From a virus, in IMG/VR virus record IMGVR_UViG_3300037760_000114, positions 40,085-104,084 of that record: a stretch of 64,000 nucleotides of DNA. One strand, given 5' to 3'. The notes under the pieces were generated by a model, which searched no databases, was not told where the DNA came from, and saw nothing but the letters and a program-made list of their open reading frames with translations. A program made the translations under genes and the position numbers. The stretch's first letter is position 1; every line of letters starts with the position of its first letter. Of the stretch, positions 1 through 11,055 are shown one piece after another.

Positions 1-1181
1 ACCTCCAGCCGCTTCAGCCGCACGTCCCACTCGCCGGTCTGGAAGCGGCGCACCAGCCGCATCGTGCGTTCCCACGATCCGCCGAAGTTGCGCTGCTTGC
101 GTTCGGCCCGCTTCACCAGTCTGGATTCGGCCGACCGGATCGCGTCCGCGCTGGCCGGGTTGTCGGTGGTGAAGCCCAGATAGTGCGGCGGCAAGCCGGC
201 GACCGCGGCGGTCACCCGCGCCAAGGTGTTGATCGACTCGTGGAAGTTGCTCAACGACGCGGCCGGGAACTGGAACTCCTTGCCGTCCTTGTTCTTTAGT
301 GTGAACAGCCGGCCCATGATGGCCTGCAACGCGGTGAGCTTGTTACCCATCTCGTCTTCGAGATCACCCGGTCCGATACCGAAGAAGCCGCGCAGCGGCA
401 GAGCCTGAAACTCGGCCCCCAGCATCATGTCCGTGGCGAGCTTGTTCGCCGCATCCGACAGGGGGATGATCGGCGCCAGCTCGCTGGTGCCGTACCGCGG
501 CTGCGTCACCCCGTGGGCGACACGCTGACCCGCGCGCAGCCGGGGCCGATTCAGCAGCGGTACTACCGGCACCTCGCCGAGGCCATGCTCATCTCGGTCG
601 ACCTCTTTCCAGCCGCCCTGCCACTCGTAGTAGCTGGTGCGGTCGGGCAGGTACAGGGTGGCGTACCGGTGCGTCATGGTCGTGAACGACTCGACCTCGG
701 CGACCCGCCGCAGCGCCGCCCGCACCCGCCGGGTCCGCGGGTCGATCTCGGCGAAAATCTCCAGCGGAGACTCCACGGTCACCCGCGGCGTGGCAGCGTC
801 GTCCTCGTTGGTACCGACACAGACCGCAGCCCGACCCATCGTCAGCGTGTCGACATGCCCCTGCTCGCTCTGCTCGTCGAGGTCGTTGTCCTGCCACACC
901 CGCCACAGGTCCTTGTCGCCCTCGACCTCATCCGGCAGCCGGAAACCCTCCACGTCGAGGCGTTCCTCCACCGTGTCGACCACCAGCTGCGGCCAGCCGA
1001 TGATCACCGGTGCGATGCGGTCGCCCACCTCCCGCAGAATCTCGGGATGCATGTACGTGAGCGGCTGCTGACCCTCGTAGTACCGGTCATAGGCTTCCAG
1101 CCGGGGAATCTCGGCGTCGTGCATGCGGGCCAGCCGGTTCACCCAGCCGGCGTCGGTGTCAGGAAGCGTCGGCACAGCCAC
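1..1181 (-). CDS. Phage portal protein (SPP1 gp6-like), truncated by the window edge
   Basis: Manual translation VPTLPDTDAGWVNRLARMHDAEIPRLEAYDRYYEGQQPL...IGWPQLVVDTVEERLDVEGFR, typical of actinophage portal N-termini; directly downstream of TerL. Start is 1181 or 1175. Confidence 0.88.
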   Translation of the reverse strand, partial: MAVPTLPDTDAGWVNRLARMHDAEIPRLEAYDRYYEGQQPLTYMHPEILREVGDRIAPVIIGWPQLVVDTVEERLDVEGFRLPDEVEGDKDLWRVWQDNDLDEQSEQGHVDTLTMGRAAVCVGTNEDDAATPRVTVESPLEIFAEIDPRTRRVRAALRRVAEVESFTTMTHRYATLYLPDRTSYYEWQGGWKEVDRDEHGLGEVPVVPLLNRPRLRAGQRVAHGVTQPRYGTSELAPIIPLSDAANKLATDMMLGAEFQALPLRGFFGIGPGDLEDEMGNKLTALQAIMGRLFTLKNKDGKEFQFPAASLSNFHESINTLARVTAAVAGLPPHYLGFTTDNPASADAIRSAESRLVKRAERKQRNFGGSWERTMRLVRRFQTGEWDVRLKRLE

Positions 1182-1190
1182 CCCCCTGAC

Positions 1191-2837
1191 CTATCTGCGC
1201 ATCACGACGAGTTTCTGCACGACTTCCGGCTTGGGCCACAGGTCGGCGGCGGTCACATCGCTGGCAGCCTCGTGCACGATCACCGACGCGACACAGGCGT
1301 CGATCTTCTGCGCCCGGCTCGGCTTTGCCAGCACATACCGCTTCACCGGCCCCGGGCGGGCAGAGCGGCGGGCGTGCCGCATATGCCTAGCGGTCACCGC
1401 ACAGCCGTCATGCCACAGGCCCGTATTCTGCTTCAGCACGTCGATGTGTAGACGTTCGCAGGCGGCGTGCATCTGGATCAGCCGGTAGGTTTCCCACCGC
1501 AAAACCCGCTTCTCGCCGTGCTCTGCCGCCCAGTCGTCGATCTCCGACTTCCAGTCCGGCGGGTCGACATACATCCGGGCCACCCGGTACCGGCGGAACA
1601 ACTCGGCCACCGCCGCCCGGACCTCCAGCCGCGGCACCTGACCGTCGAAATCGACCGGGTTCCAGATCGTCGGCTGCCCATCCTCCAGCACCGGAGTAAA
1701 CTGGAACCCGTCCTCGGTTTCGGCCCGGATCACCGTCCAGTCGTCGGTGTCCGACCCGTCCATGCCGAGGCAGATCGCCGCACCGTCGGGAACCGGCAGC
1801 GGCACCGCCAGGTCATCCCACCGGTCCCCGTCCATGTAGGCACCGGAGCCGTACACCAACCGGTTGGCGAAAAACCGCTCCGCCTCCGCCGGGTCCCGCT
1901 CGGCGATGTCCGCCGACTCCGCCTCGATCGAGTCCAGGTCGACATGGCCACCGTTTTCCCGCAGCACCTCGCCGTAGACAATCCGGTGGATCTGCCGCCG
2001 CTCCCGCTTGTTCTGGTAGCTCAGATGCTTCGGCGGCTGGTCGAACTGGCGGTAGATGTCCTTGGCGTTCGACTCGAACTCGCGCTGCGCGAGGCTGCTC
2101 TCCGACGGGTCGAACGCGTTCGTCGTCAGCGACGACCTGCCGCCCATGCCGGCCAGGCCACGGTACTGGGTACCGGCGACCTTGGTCATCTTGTTGGTGT
2201 CGTTCCACAGCCCGACCTCGTCCTGCGGCACGAACGTGACCCGCTGCCCGAGCCTCGACTTCGCCGACATCGTGACCACGTCGATGCGGCCGCCGCCCGG
2301 CAGACGGATAAACTCCTCGCCCGTCTTCGGGATCAACTCCGCCAGCGGACCCAGCTCGATCATCGGACGCAACGCGTCGTAGACGTTCTGCGTGTTCTCT
2401 TCGGACAGGGCCGTGATCTGGATAAGCGGCGTCGCCCACGGCATGCCCATCGGCTCACCGGGCTCGTACTCGTACGTCCAGCCGCAACCGCAGCCGTACA
2501 CGCGGCAGTCGTAGACCTCGCCACCGTCGGCCCAGCCAGCGAACAGGGCCGGCCCGACACCCTCCAGGCACACCTGCGCAGCGACTAGGGGACTCTTCCC
2601 TTTTTTCTGGGCGTCGATCAGCAGACCACGCCGGTGCACGAACGCCGGCCCCAGCTGCGGGTTGGACGGCACCCACTCCGCCGTCGGCCTGACCAGGTAG
2701 AAGTTCGCCAGGTACCGCAGCTGGTACTCGTAGAGCCGGAACGGGTCGCCGCGGGCGAACCTGTCCGGGACTACACAGTGCGCCTCGATCCAGTCGAGGG
2801 CGAGCGCCAGCGTCCGCGGCTCACGACGCCGCTCCAC
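1191..2837 (-). CDS. Terminase large subunit
   Basis: 548 aa; Walker A-like QKKGKS, Walker B FVPQDE, nuclease motifs GMDGSDTDD and KIDACVA. Confidence 0.92.
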   Translation of the reverse strand: MERRREPRTLALALDWIEAHCVVPDRFARGDPFRLYEYQLRYLANFYLVRPTAEWVPSNPQLGPAFVHRRGLLIDAQKKGKSPLVAAQVCLEGVGPALFAGWADGGEVYDCRVYGCGCGWTYEYEPGEPMGMPWATPLIQITALSEENTQNVYDALRPMIELGPLAELIPKTGEEFIRLPGGGRIDVVTMSAKSRLGQRVTFVPQDEVGLWNDTNKMTKVAGTQYRGLAGMGGRSSLTTNAFDPSESSLAQREFESNAKDIYRQFDQPPKHLSYQNKRERRQIHRIVYGEVLRENGGHVDLDSIEAESADIAERDPAEAERFFANRLVYGSGAYMDGDRWDDLAVPLPVPDGAAICLGMDGSDTDDWTVIRAETEDGFQFTPVLEDGQPTIWNPVDFDGQVPRLEVRAAVAELFRRYRVARMYVDPPDWKSEIDDWAAEHGEKRVLRWETYRLIQMHAACERLHIDVLKQNTGLWHDGCAVTARHMRHARRSARPGPVKRYVLAKPSRAQKIDACVASVIVHEAASDVTAADLWPKPEVVQKLVVMRR

Positions 2838-3303
2838 CGTCGATCACTTTCCACCGCTCACGGGCCGACTGAGTCCGCTTACGCGGTGCGCCGCCCGCCG
2901 GCGGTGCCGCATGACGCTCCGGCGAAGCCACGGCCCGGTCGACCTTCCACCTGTTCGCGCGCATCCCAGGTGTCGTCAACCCGAGCGAGTCCGCCTGCTG
3001 ACGCACCAGCGTCCGCAGCGCCACCGGCGCCTCGATCAGCTCCGCCAGCGCCAGGTTCCGCACATGCAGCGCCACCTCGATCTGCTGCTGGAGGCGCTGC
3101 CACACAACCGCCTGGGGCAGCCGCCACAGACGCTCCCACAGCTCGACCTCACGCTCCGACTGCCCCAGCAGAGGCCACGCGGGAGGATCGCCCTCCCTGC
3201 CCTCCGCAGGCAGTACCGTCCACTCGCCCTCGTCCCGCTCACGCCGCAGCGCGTTCGGGTCAGGCGCCGGACCGGACCGTGCGCGAGCACCACCTTTCGG
3301 CAT
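2821..3303 (-). CDS. Terminase small subunit
   Basis: MPKGGARARSGPAPDPNALRR...LGLTTPGMRANRW, typical of actinophage TerS; overlaps the TerL start. Confidence 0.8.
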   Translation of the reverse strand: MPKGGARARSGPAPDPNALRRERDEGEWTVLPAEGREGDPPAWPLLGQSEREVELWERLWRLPQAVVWQRLQQQIEVALHVRNLALAELIEAPVALRTLVRQQADSLGLTTPGMRANRWKVDRAVASPERHAAPPAGGAPRKRTQSARERWKVIDGGAAS

Positions 3304-3912
3304 GCTGCTCTACCTTCCCGCCGCATCGCGCGACGTGTCGGTGTCTCAAGTGGATAGGAGCATCGCGCTCCCATCGCCTACCCCCGGGGGGGGGGGTAGA
3401 AGCTTCTGAACCCGACGCAGGGTTTTGGTTCCTCCCCCGCGGTCCCCTCCATGATCCACTAGGGGGGTATGTCCCCACCCTTCGATGGATTCGCCGACGG
3501 ATGCAGCTGGCCTGCTGTGTGTCGGCGGTGCCTGTCCGGCCTCGGGGTGGAGCTTGGTTCAAGCGCGGCGGTGTCGAAGGTCCGCGACGTTGACAGCTGA
3601 CTCGCGACCACAGTGAACCGGCATGGGGCACGGGGCTGCGGTGGGGTTGCGCGTTACTCCCGGCTGTTGGCCGTGGCGTCCACCCGCCCCCAAGCACGGC
3701 GGCCCGGCACCCCGCAGGGTCGACGGTAGTGGGTGGGGTGGCGCTGTGCGGTGGCCCGGCCGGGCAGCGGGGAGTGGGAGGGCCGGGTCGTGGATGGCTA
3801 CCGGCAGCCCAGGTACCGGGTGCGGACTGAGGCCCCCCACGGGGGGCGCTGGTGGCCCTGCCGGTAGGGGAGGGGGTAGGGGTAGCCCACTCGGGTACAC
3901 CACCCACCCCAG

Positions 3913-4299
3913 CTAGGCGTGGCGCTGGTGCCAGCCGCCCGGACTGGACACGGCGGTCCAGTGGTCATGGCACACCTTGCACAGTCCCCGGCCGTACCGG
4001 GGGTTGTTTTCGTCCAGGCCGAGGCGACGCAGTTCCCGCTTGTCGCGGGGATAGTGGTCGGCAACCGTCGACGGTGCCAGGCATTGGCCGGTGTGGCGGT
4101 GGGTGTCGGTGCGGGTCTGGTCGACGCAGGTACACATCGGTTCCCGGGTCAGGACCGGGTCGCGGAAGCGGCGCTCGTGGCGGGAGTCGTAGCCGCGCTG
4201 CCTAGCGGTGCCGCGCGCCCGTTCGCTGCGGGTGCGGCAGACGGAGCAGCGGCCAGCCTCGGCCAGGTTGGGGCAGCCCGGGGTTGAGCAGACCTTCAA
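3913..4299 (-). CDS. Packaging-associated HNH endonuclease (HK97 gp74-like)
   Basis: CSTPGC...RGYD...VADH...GLCKVCHD; located upstream of TerS. Confidence 0.8.
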   Translation of the reverse strand: MKVCSTPGCPNLAEAGRCSVCRTRSERARGTARQRGYDSRHERRFRDPVLTREPMCTCVDQTRTDTHRHTGQCLAPSTVADHYPRDKRELRRLGLDENNPRYGRGLCKVCHDHWTAVSSPGGWHQRHA

Positions 4300-5141
4300 C
4301 GCCGGCCATCACGGCTCATGACGGGCGCGGCTCGTGCAGCAGCTGACCGCAGGACCGGCACAGCGTGACCAGGTGAGGATCTGCGCAGGCGGTGACACCC
4401 ACTGAGGTGGGGTGCTGGCAGGTGGCCGGGTTGTGGTCATGGTCGGCACGTACGCAGCGGAGTCCGCGGCCGGTTCGGGCCAGCAGGCACTCGTCGGGGG
4501 CGAGCCGTGTGGGCTTCGGCTTGCCCAGTTGCACGAGGCCGCCGGGATGCAGGCTCATCGGACGTTCCCCCGTCTCCAGCCCCGGTGGGACCGTTCGGTC
4601 AGGTTCGGGCAGTCGGGGGTGGAGCAGAGCCGTCTAGCGCGCGGCATCGGCTTCAGCGCTAGCCCTTCGGTCCTGCCGCTCTACCGACTCGCCCCTGGGC
4701 TTAGCGTCCGACCGGATGCGTCGAAGCGCCTCGGTGTAGGGAATGCCCTGCTCCCGAGCTAGACGCTTGGCCAGGTAGTCCCTGCTCATCCCGCGCTCCA
4801 ACGGTGACCTCGGGTGCCCAGCTCGGACCACCTGGAGCCGCACGCTCCGCAGTGCCACACCTCGGCACGATCTACGAGGGCGGTTGTGTTGATGGGTGTC
4901 GGGTGGTCGCAGACGTGGATAGCGGTAGCCGAGTCTGCCCGGACGGAGGCGAGGGGGCAGTCCTCGTCGCAGGTGACCTCTTCGCACACAGGGCAGCACA
5001 TCTCGTCCCGCAGCTGCCCAACGGTGCTGGCCTCCAGTTGCGTGGCGAGGTCGACCAGGATGCCGTGGTCGTACGCGTCGCCCCACGAGGCCACCTTGCG
5101 CAGCGTGGCCGCCGTCGCCGAGCGAGCCGCATCCAGCGGGG

Positions 5142-5348
5142 TCACCGCAGCTTCCGGTTCCGGCGGGCGGCTACCGCCTCGCCGAGCAGGATGCGCACCA
5201 TCTGGGAGCGGGTGCGCTGTTCGGCGTTGGCCATGGCGTCGATCTCGTCCCGGCCGGCTTCGCTGAGCCGTACGGCTACTGTGACGCGGCTTGACCTTTG
5301 GCGGGTGTCTGTGCTGGTAGCCACGCCGTCGAGCGTATACGTTGTCAA
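5142..5348 (-). CDS. Ribbon-helix-helix (CopG-like) DNA-binding protein
   Basis: VTVAVRLSEAGRDEIDAMANAEQRTRSQMVRILL pattern. Confidence 0.7.
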   Translation of the reverse strand: MTTYTLDGVATSTDTRQRSSRVTVAVRLSEAGRDEIDAMANAEQRTRSQMVRILLGEAVAARRNRKLR

Positions 5349-5929
5349 CGTTCGTTTGCGGCCGCCACCCCGCCAGCGGCCGGCAGCATCTCCATCCAGA
5401 TCGTGCCGCCGGAGTGCTTGTCCCGTTCAATCGCCACCGACACCGCGCGGGCCACGACCTGGGAAGGTGGCATGTCCGGGCAGCAGGCCAGCAGCGCATC
5501 CATAGCGCCGATGGCGGGGCCTTCGCCGGAGCCGACCGCGGCTATGCCGTCAGGGTGAGGGATCGCGTAGCAGTGGGTCGCCGACCACAACCTGCCGGCG
5601 TAGCCGATGATGAGCATGGCATCCATGTGTCCCTGTTCGGACACCCCGCTGGCGACACAGATAGCCGACGCCTTGCGGGTGACCTCGTTGGCCCACCGGT
5701 CCAGATCGTCCGGGTGCGGGTCGATGTCAGCTAGTTGTAGGTCCGCGTCCAGGACTGTGGCGACCGCCCCGTCGCCGGAAATCCCTACCAGCACCTCACT
5801 GCCATCGCCAAGCTGATAGCGGCGGATCTTTCGCGCGCTTCCCAGCACGGGACGGTCGTAAACCGTGACCATCGAGTCGGCGGCCATGTAGACCGCACCG
5901 TCGCGGGCCAGAGCAGCAACCGTAGTCAC
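5345..5929 (-). CDS. Ntn-hydrolase, HslV/proteasome-beta-like protease
   Basis: N-terminal MTTVAA...MAADS (Thr1 nucleophile), KI, GISG, AVGSG, D-x-x-SGG motifs. Confidence 0.75.
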   Translation of the reverse strand: MTTVAALARDGAVYMAADSMVTVYDRPVLGSARKIRRYQLGDGSEVLVGISGDGAVATVLDADLQLADIDPHPDDLDRWANEVTRKASAICVASGVSEQGHMDAMLIIGYAGRLWSATHCYAIPHPDGIAAVGSGEGPAIGAMDALLACCPDMPPSQVVARAVSVAIERDKHSGGTIWMEMLPAAGGVAAANER

Positions 5930-6512
5930 GCCGCAGTCTCCGGCTCGTGCAGCTCGCGCCCGTCCAGCGAATGGTGCACCAGCACCCAGCCGTACGACCC
6001 GTCATCCCGCTCCACCGGCTCGGTACGCGGACCGCACAGGCAGCCGTCGCCATCGGTGTCGTGCTCCACCAGGTCGTCCACCGGAACGACGTGCCAGGTG
6101 CTCACGCGGCTACCAGCGGCCGGTCTGACTGGTTGCAGGTCAGGTACGGGTTGGCGAAGATGACGTGCGCGTGGGTGCGGGTGTGCGTCCGGGCGAGGAC
6201 CATCGATGCTCCACGGGTCTGGGATGTGGCGGGATGTTGACAGGGCCGGCCCGGCGCACATCCCGGAAACGCCGGGGCCGGCCCTGGTCGCAGGAGTTAC
6301 AGGGTGATCGGGTCGCCGATTACGGCGCCGGACGGCTCCCGGTTCGGCCAGTACACCGCCGGGCGGCCGGCTGCGTCGAGGTAGACGATCCACGAGCTCG
6401 CCGGGCTCATCCCACCCAGCCGAAGGTGCACACACGAAAGCCCCGCACACTGGCGGGGCCCGGGCACACTCCTCTAAGGCGGAACGTTAGCACAGTACCC
6501 ACCCGGCGACGA

Positions 6513-6911
6513 TCAACCTGTGCGTCGTTGCCGGCGGCGTCGGGTAGCGGCTGCGATCTCCAGGATGTCACTGGCGAGGAACAGGGGCCAGCCGCGGTGG
6601 TCGCGGCGTTTGAACTCCAGCCGACGGTGGTGGCCGTGGCGGTCGAGGTAGCCGCGTTTGCGCCACTGCCGGATCGTGCCCTGCCCCACGTTTGCGAGCT
6701 GGGCGGCGGCGGACGTACCCACCAGATCGTCCGGCTCCACCGTCACCTCGTGTTCGACCAGCCACCAGCCCTCACCGGCGGCTTCCACAGCGTCGTCCAA
6801 CGCGGCGGCCAGCGGCGGGTTGGCGGTGCGCAGATGGGTGCGGTAGGCGCGGGCGATGCCGCGGGCGCGTTGCAGATCGGTGTCGCCCAGTTGGGCCATC
6901 GGGCGGGGCAT
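6513..6911 (-). CDS. MerR/excisionase-like HTH DNA-binding protein
   Basis: LVGTSAAAQLANVGQGTIRQWRKRGYL; ATG overlaps the upstream stop (TGATG). Confidence 0.65.
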   Translation of the reverse strand: MPRPMAQLGDTDLQRARGIARAYRTHLRTANPPLAAALDDAVEAAGEGWWLVEHEVTVEPDDLVGTSAAAQLANVGQGTIRQWRKRGYLDRHGHHRRLEFKRRDHRGWPLFLASDILEIAAATRRRRQRRTG

Positions 6912-7711
6912 CAGCGGCCCTGCCACACGATCAGGCCCATCATCCGTTCGTACTCGTCGTAGGGCCGCCAGGAGCCGCAGTCCTTGCACCACACCGGCGG
7001 GTCGTGCTTGAACTGCCGCGGGTGATGCTGCCGCAGCTTGCCTTCCTCGCCGCACTGGTGACAGAAGCCGGGCAGCTGCCGTACCCGGTCGGACAGGCCG
7101 GTCGCCGAGGTGGCGAGCTGGTGCATGCGGGTCAGGTGGGCGATGCCGTCGGCGCCCGACGGTGCGGTGTGCAGGATGAAGGTCGAGCAGTCGCGGTCGG
7201 GCCCCCACACCACCGCCGACGCGAGGGAGTCGTCGACCGGGGGATAGTCGGCCATGTCCTGCGGGCCCAGATGCGCCAGCCGCGCCAACCGGGGTGCGAT
7301 GACGGTGGCGGCGTGTTGCACCGCCCACCCCTCCCGCACCCCGGCGCGCACCTCGCTCGACAGGCCGTCCAGCTCGCGTGCCACCGGCTCCCACGCGGTC
7401 AGCAGCCACCAAATGTGGCGCTGCAGCACCAGCACGTACTCCCGTAGCGGCAGCGGTTGCTCACCCCGGCCGGAGCGGGGCTGCCCATCGGACCACTCCG
7501 ACAGCGGCCGGGGCAGCCACTGCTCCAGCGCCACATAGTCGGCCGGGAGGCTGCGAACGTCCCGCTCCGCCACCCGCAGGCAGTCGGGACAGTAGGTGGC
7601 CCGGCTCGACTCCAGCAGCGCCGGATGCTTACGGGTGTGGTTGAAGTCCTTGCACCAGCGGCCGGCGACACAGGTCCGGGCATCAGCAGCAGGCAGGGTA
7701 GCGGTCGGCAT
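6911..7711 (-). CDS. Zn-ribbon-containing phage protein, possibly a late regulator
   Basis: CxxC pairs (CPDC, CHQC, CKDC); position just before the packaging module. Confidence 0.45.
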   Translation of the reverse strand: MPTATLPAADARTCVAGRWCKDFNHTRKHPALLESSRATYCPDCLRVAERDVRSLPADYVALEQWLPRPLSEWSDGQPRSGRGEQPLPLREYVLVLQRHIWWLLTAWEPVARELDGLSSEVRAGVREGWAVQHAATVIAPRLARLAHLGPQDMADYPPVDDSLASAVVWGPDRDCSTFILHTAPSGADGIAHLTRMHQLATSATGLSDRVRQLPGFCHQCGEEGKLRQHHPRQFKHDPPVWCKDCGSWRPYDEYERMMGLIVWQGR

Positions 7712-9978
7712 GGCGGTTCTCCCGGTCTCCGGCGGATAGAATCTGGCGGAGACCGGACAGTCGCGGGGGCGGCCCGGTGAGGTGGCCCTGGACCGACTTA
7801 GCGGGAGGTCCAGGGCCACCGTGCTATGCAGCCCCAGGTTTACGCCACGGGCCGGGCTCGTGAGCGGTTGCCGCGCACTGGGGCCGGTCGTTGCAATACC
7901 TCACGTTGACGCGGGCGCCGGGGAACATGTGCTCAAGCCCTCGTAGCGGCCGGTGCGCTACCGAGATCGCCGCGTCGGGCCGCTCGTCGCGGCAGACCAT
8001 GCAGGTCCAGGTCAGCGCGTTGATGTCGATCACGCTTGCCTCCAAGCCTCGTCGTGGTCCGGGTCGGGGTCGTCGGGCCACGGCGGGCGCTGACCGTGGG
8101 GCATCTCGTAGACGTGCCCGTACGGCACCGTCGGGTCGACCTGGACAGCGACCCCGCCTTCGTAGCGCCACACCCGGACACCGCACGTGCCGCCCTGCAA
8201 CGCCATCTCGGTGGCCTGCTCGATCATTGCGCTCTCGGCGACAGCGAGGCGACTGACGTACGCCGCCATCGCCTGGTCAGCGTCCTCCAGCCACTCGCCG
8301 AGGAACGAGCCGCTCACGATGTACGGCGTCAAGTCCACCGGACCGTGGTCGGGCACGATCTCACCCTCGCGGGGTGCGGGCCACCACTCGATGCGGTCAG
8401 GTTGCATCGGGGCTGCTGCCTCACTCATCGGCACCCATCACCTTCCGTCCTTCGTCGTCGGTCTCTACCGGCGTGCCAGCGGCGGCCGGGCCGCGTCCTG
8501 CTCCCGGATGTACACCAGGATGTCCCGGGTACAGCGCGGCCCGCCCGTCCAGTCCTCACCGGAGAACCACTCCAGCAGCAGGGCCGCCTGCTCGACGTTG
8601 AATCCGTGCCGCTCGGTGTGGTCGTGGCCGTGGCAGATCACATCCACCACCGGGGTAGGCGATGTCATTTCGGACCGCTCCCGTAGCCACCGCTCGGTCT
8701 GCAACTCCCCGGACCGCGGGCAGCCTTCCCGATGCAGGTACGGCTCGGTGCCGTCGATCCGCCGTGGGCAGCCGCACTCAGCCTTGCGACCGTGGCTGTC
8801 GTCGTCAGGTTGCATCACGGCTCCACTCGGGTAGGTGGTCAGGATGCTCGGCGTACGGCAGAGCAAGCGCCAGCAGGGTCGGGCACGGCTGCCCGACCTC
8901 GTAAAACTCGTCCTCCCACAGCTCCCACGGCTCGCGGCTCACCGTCGCCTGACCCTCACCGGCAGCGGTAAGGGTGGTGCAGTGGTGCGGCCGGTTGTGC
9001 GCGTGCACGATGCGCCGCTTGGCTTCCACCTCGGCCAGCACAAGGCGCTGCTCCGCGTTGGCGTGGGTCAGTTCGTGAGCAAGAATCGCCCTGGTTACCT
9101 CGGGTGCGCGCCACCATCCCGCCCCCGAATGATCCGGCACGGTAAGGGTCCAGCCGCAGTCGCCCGTTCCGGATACGCCGTGGCAATTCGGCACCTCCGG
9201 CGCCGGACCGTCGATACCGACCGTCCGTGGCCGCATCTCCTGACACCGCTCGTCCAGCCGGGCGGTCAGGAACTCCACGATCCCGCCGACGCTCACCGAC
9301 TACGCCTCCCGCCGAGCCGGGCATCCACAGCGGCGACCAGCCGGATAGCCACGGACATGCCGGCAGCGATCACCACCGCCACAGCGGCGACCCGCAGCGC
9401 GGTCGGCTGCCCGGCCAGCGCTATGCGTACCACCTCCGCAGCGGCCACGATGACGCATGCGCAGATGGCGCTGAACCAGGCCAGCCGTAGCGGCCGTGGC
9501 CACCGCGACAGCCAGGCCGTGAAGCCCGCGGCGCGCAGGAACGGCGACGGCGGGTCGACCCGGGAAGGGCCGTAAGGCGGATGCGACCAACGGCGCCCGT
9601 CGGGCAGGGTGCCGCCGTACTCGCGCGGGTCGCCGTCGCCGAGCTCCGGTATGCGGCGGGTGCCGTCGTTGAGCCAGCGGCTGGCTGCCGCGTTCAGCGC
9701 AGGGTCAGGCTGCATGTGGACCACCACCGGAATGAACTGCACGCGCGGCGCGGATGTCCGGATCAGCGTCGAGCCGGGCCTGAGCCTCGCGGCGGATGTC
9801 CACCGGTAGCTCATCGAACGCCGCCTGATACCGGTGGCCGGTCAGCCTGCGGAGGATGTCCGGCGGGCAAGTGGCGAGCACGGTCGGGTGCAGGCTGCTG
9901 GCGATGTCCCGCAAGGTGACGGCGGCCATCAAAAGCTCGCTGGCCACGTCCACGATCGTGGCCCGATCAGTACCGGGG

Positions 9979-11055
9979 TCAGGCTGCATCGGAACCTCCA
10001 GGGGCATTGTCGCGTACCGGGCTGAACCGGGCGGCCAGCGTATACGCGCCGTGGCGGTCCAAGCTGTTCCGGCCACGGTCGTAGCGGCGGGTGGTGCGGG
10101 GATCGGCGTGACCGGCGAAGTCCTGCACATCCCGCAGCGGCATTCCAGCATCCAGAAGCTCGGTGATGGCAGTGTGCCGTAGCGAGTGGGGGGAGAGGCG
10201 GGCCGCCTCGGCGATGTGGGTTCGGCGGGCCAGGCGGCGTACGAGACGCCACACGTACGGGCCGGTCATGCGGTGACCGGCGACGAGCAGCAGCGGGCCG
10301 CTGGTGGGGTTGCCGCGTGTGGTCAGCATCTGGTCGATGGGGGCACCGACCATCGGGGTGATGACCACCTCGCGGTGCTTGCCGCCCTTCCATGGCACCC
10401 GCAGGGTTCGGTGGCCACGGTGGTGACCCAGCCCTTCCACGTTGGCGCCGGTGACCGACCCGCAGCGCAGCCCGTTGACGAGCAGGAGCCGAACCAGCAC
10501 CGACGAGGACAGTCCGTCGTTGTCGGCGGCGGCGATCAGCCGGTCGGCTTCGTCGCGGGACAGGGCCACGGTGGTGGAGTCGTCACGGTCGACGTTGGGC
10601 CGGCCGTCGACATCGGCGGGGTTGAATTGCACGATCGGCGCGTCGCCTTTGGTGTTGCGCAGGATGTACCGGTACCACGAGGAGACCGCCGAGACGCGGC
10701 GGGCGATACTGGACTCGGCGGCCGGGTCACCATCGTCGGTGACGCCGTGCTGGCGCTGGTGGGCGATCCAGTCATGGATGTCCATCGGCTTGGCCCCGGT
10801 GGGGTCCACGTCGATGCGGGCGCAGTGGGTGATCCAGTCCTTCAGGTCGCGGCGGTAGCCCGCGACGGTGTGGCCGGAGCGGCGGGACTTCAGCCATGCC
10901 TCGGTGATGCGGGCGAGCCGAGCCAGGTCCTGTGGGTGTAGCGCGACGCCGTGCAGTGGGTGGGTGAGAGGTTCCAACGCCTCCCCTGGCCGAAGATAAT
11001 CACCATTATCTTGCGCGCCATTCCCGGGAAGGGACGTTAACGGGAATGAGACCAC
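9979..11055 (-). CDS. Second tyrosine recombinase (XerC/D-like)
   Basis: GLR...KGGK...HSLRHT...GHADPRTTRRYD, a complete R-K-H-R-H-Y set; start approximate. Confidence 0.88.
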   Translation of the reverse strand: MVSFPLTSLPGNGAQDNGDYLRPGEALEPLTHPLHGVALHPQDLARLARITEAWLKSRRSGHTVAGYRRDLKDWITHCARIDVDPTGAKPMDIHDWIAHQRQHGVTDDGDPAAESSIARRVSAVSSWYRYILRNTKGDAPIVQFNPADVDGRPNVDRDDSTTVALSRDEADRLIAAADNDGLSSSVLVRLLLVNGLRCGSVTGANVEGLGHHRGHRTLRVPWKGGKHREVVITPMVGAPIDQMLTTRGNPTSGPLLLVAGHRMTGPYVWRLVRRLARRTHIAEAARLSPHSLRHTAITELLDAGMPLRDVQDFAGHADPRTTRRYDRGRNSLDRHGAYTLAARFSPVRDNAPGGSDAA

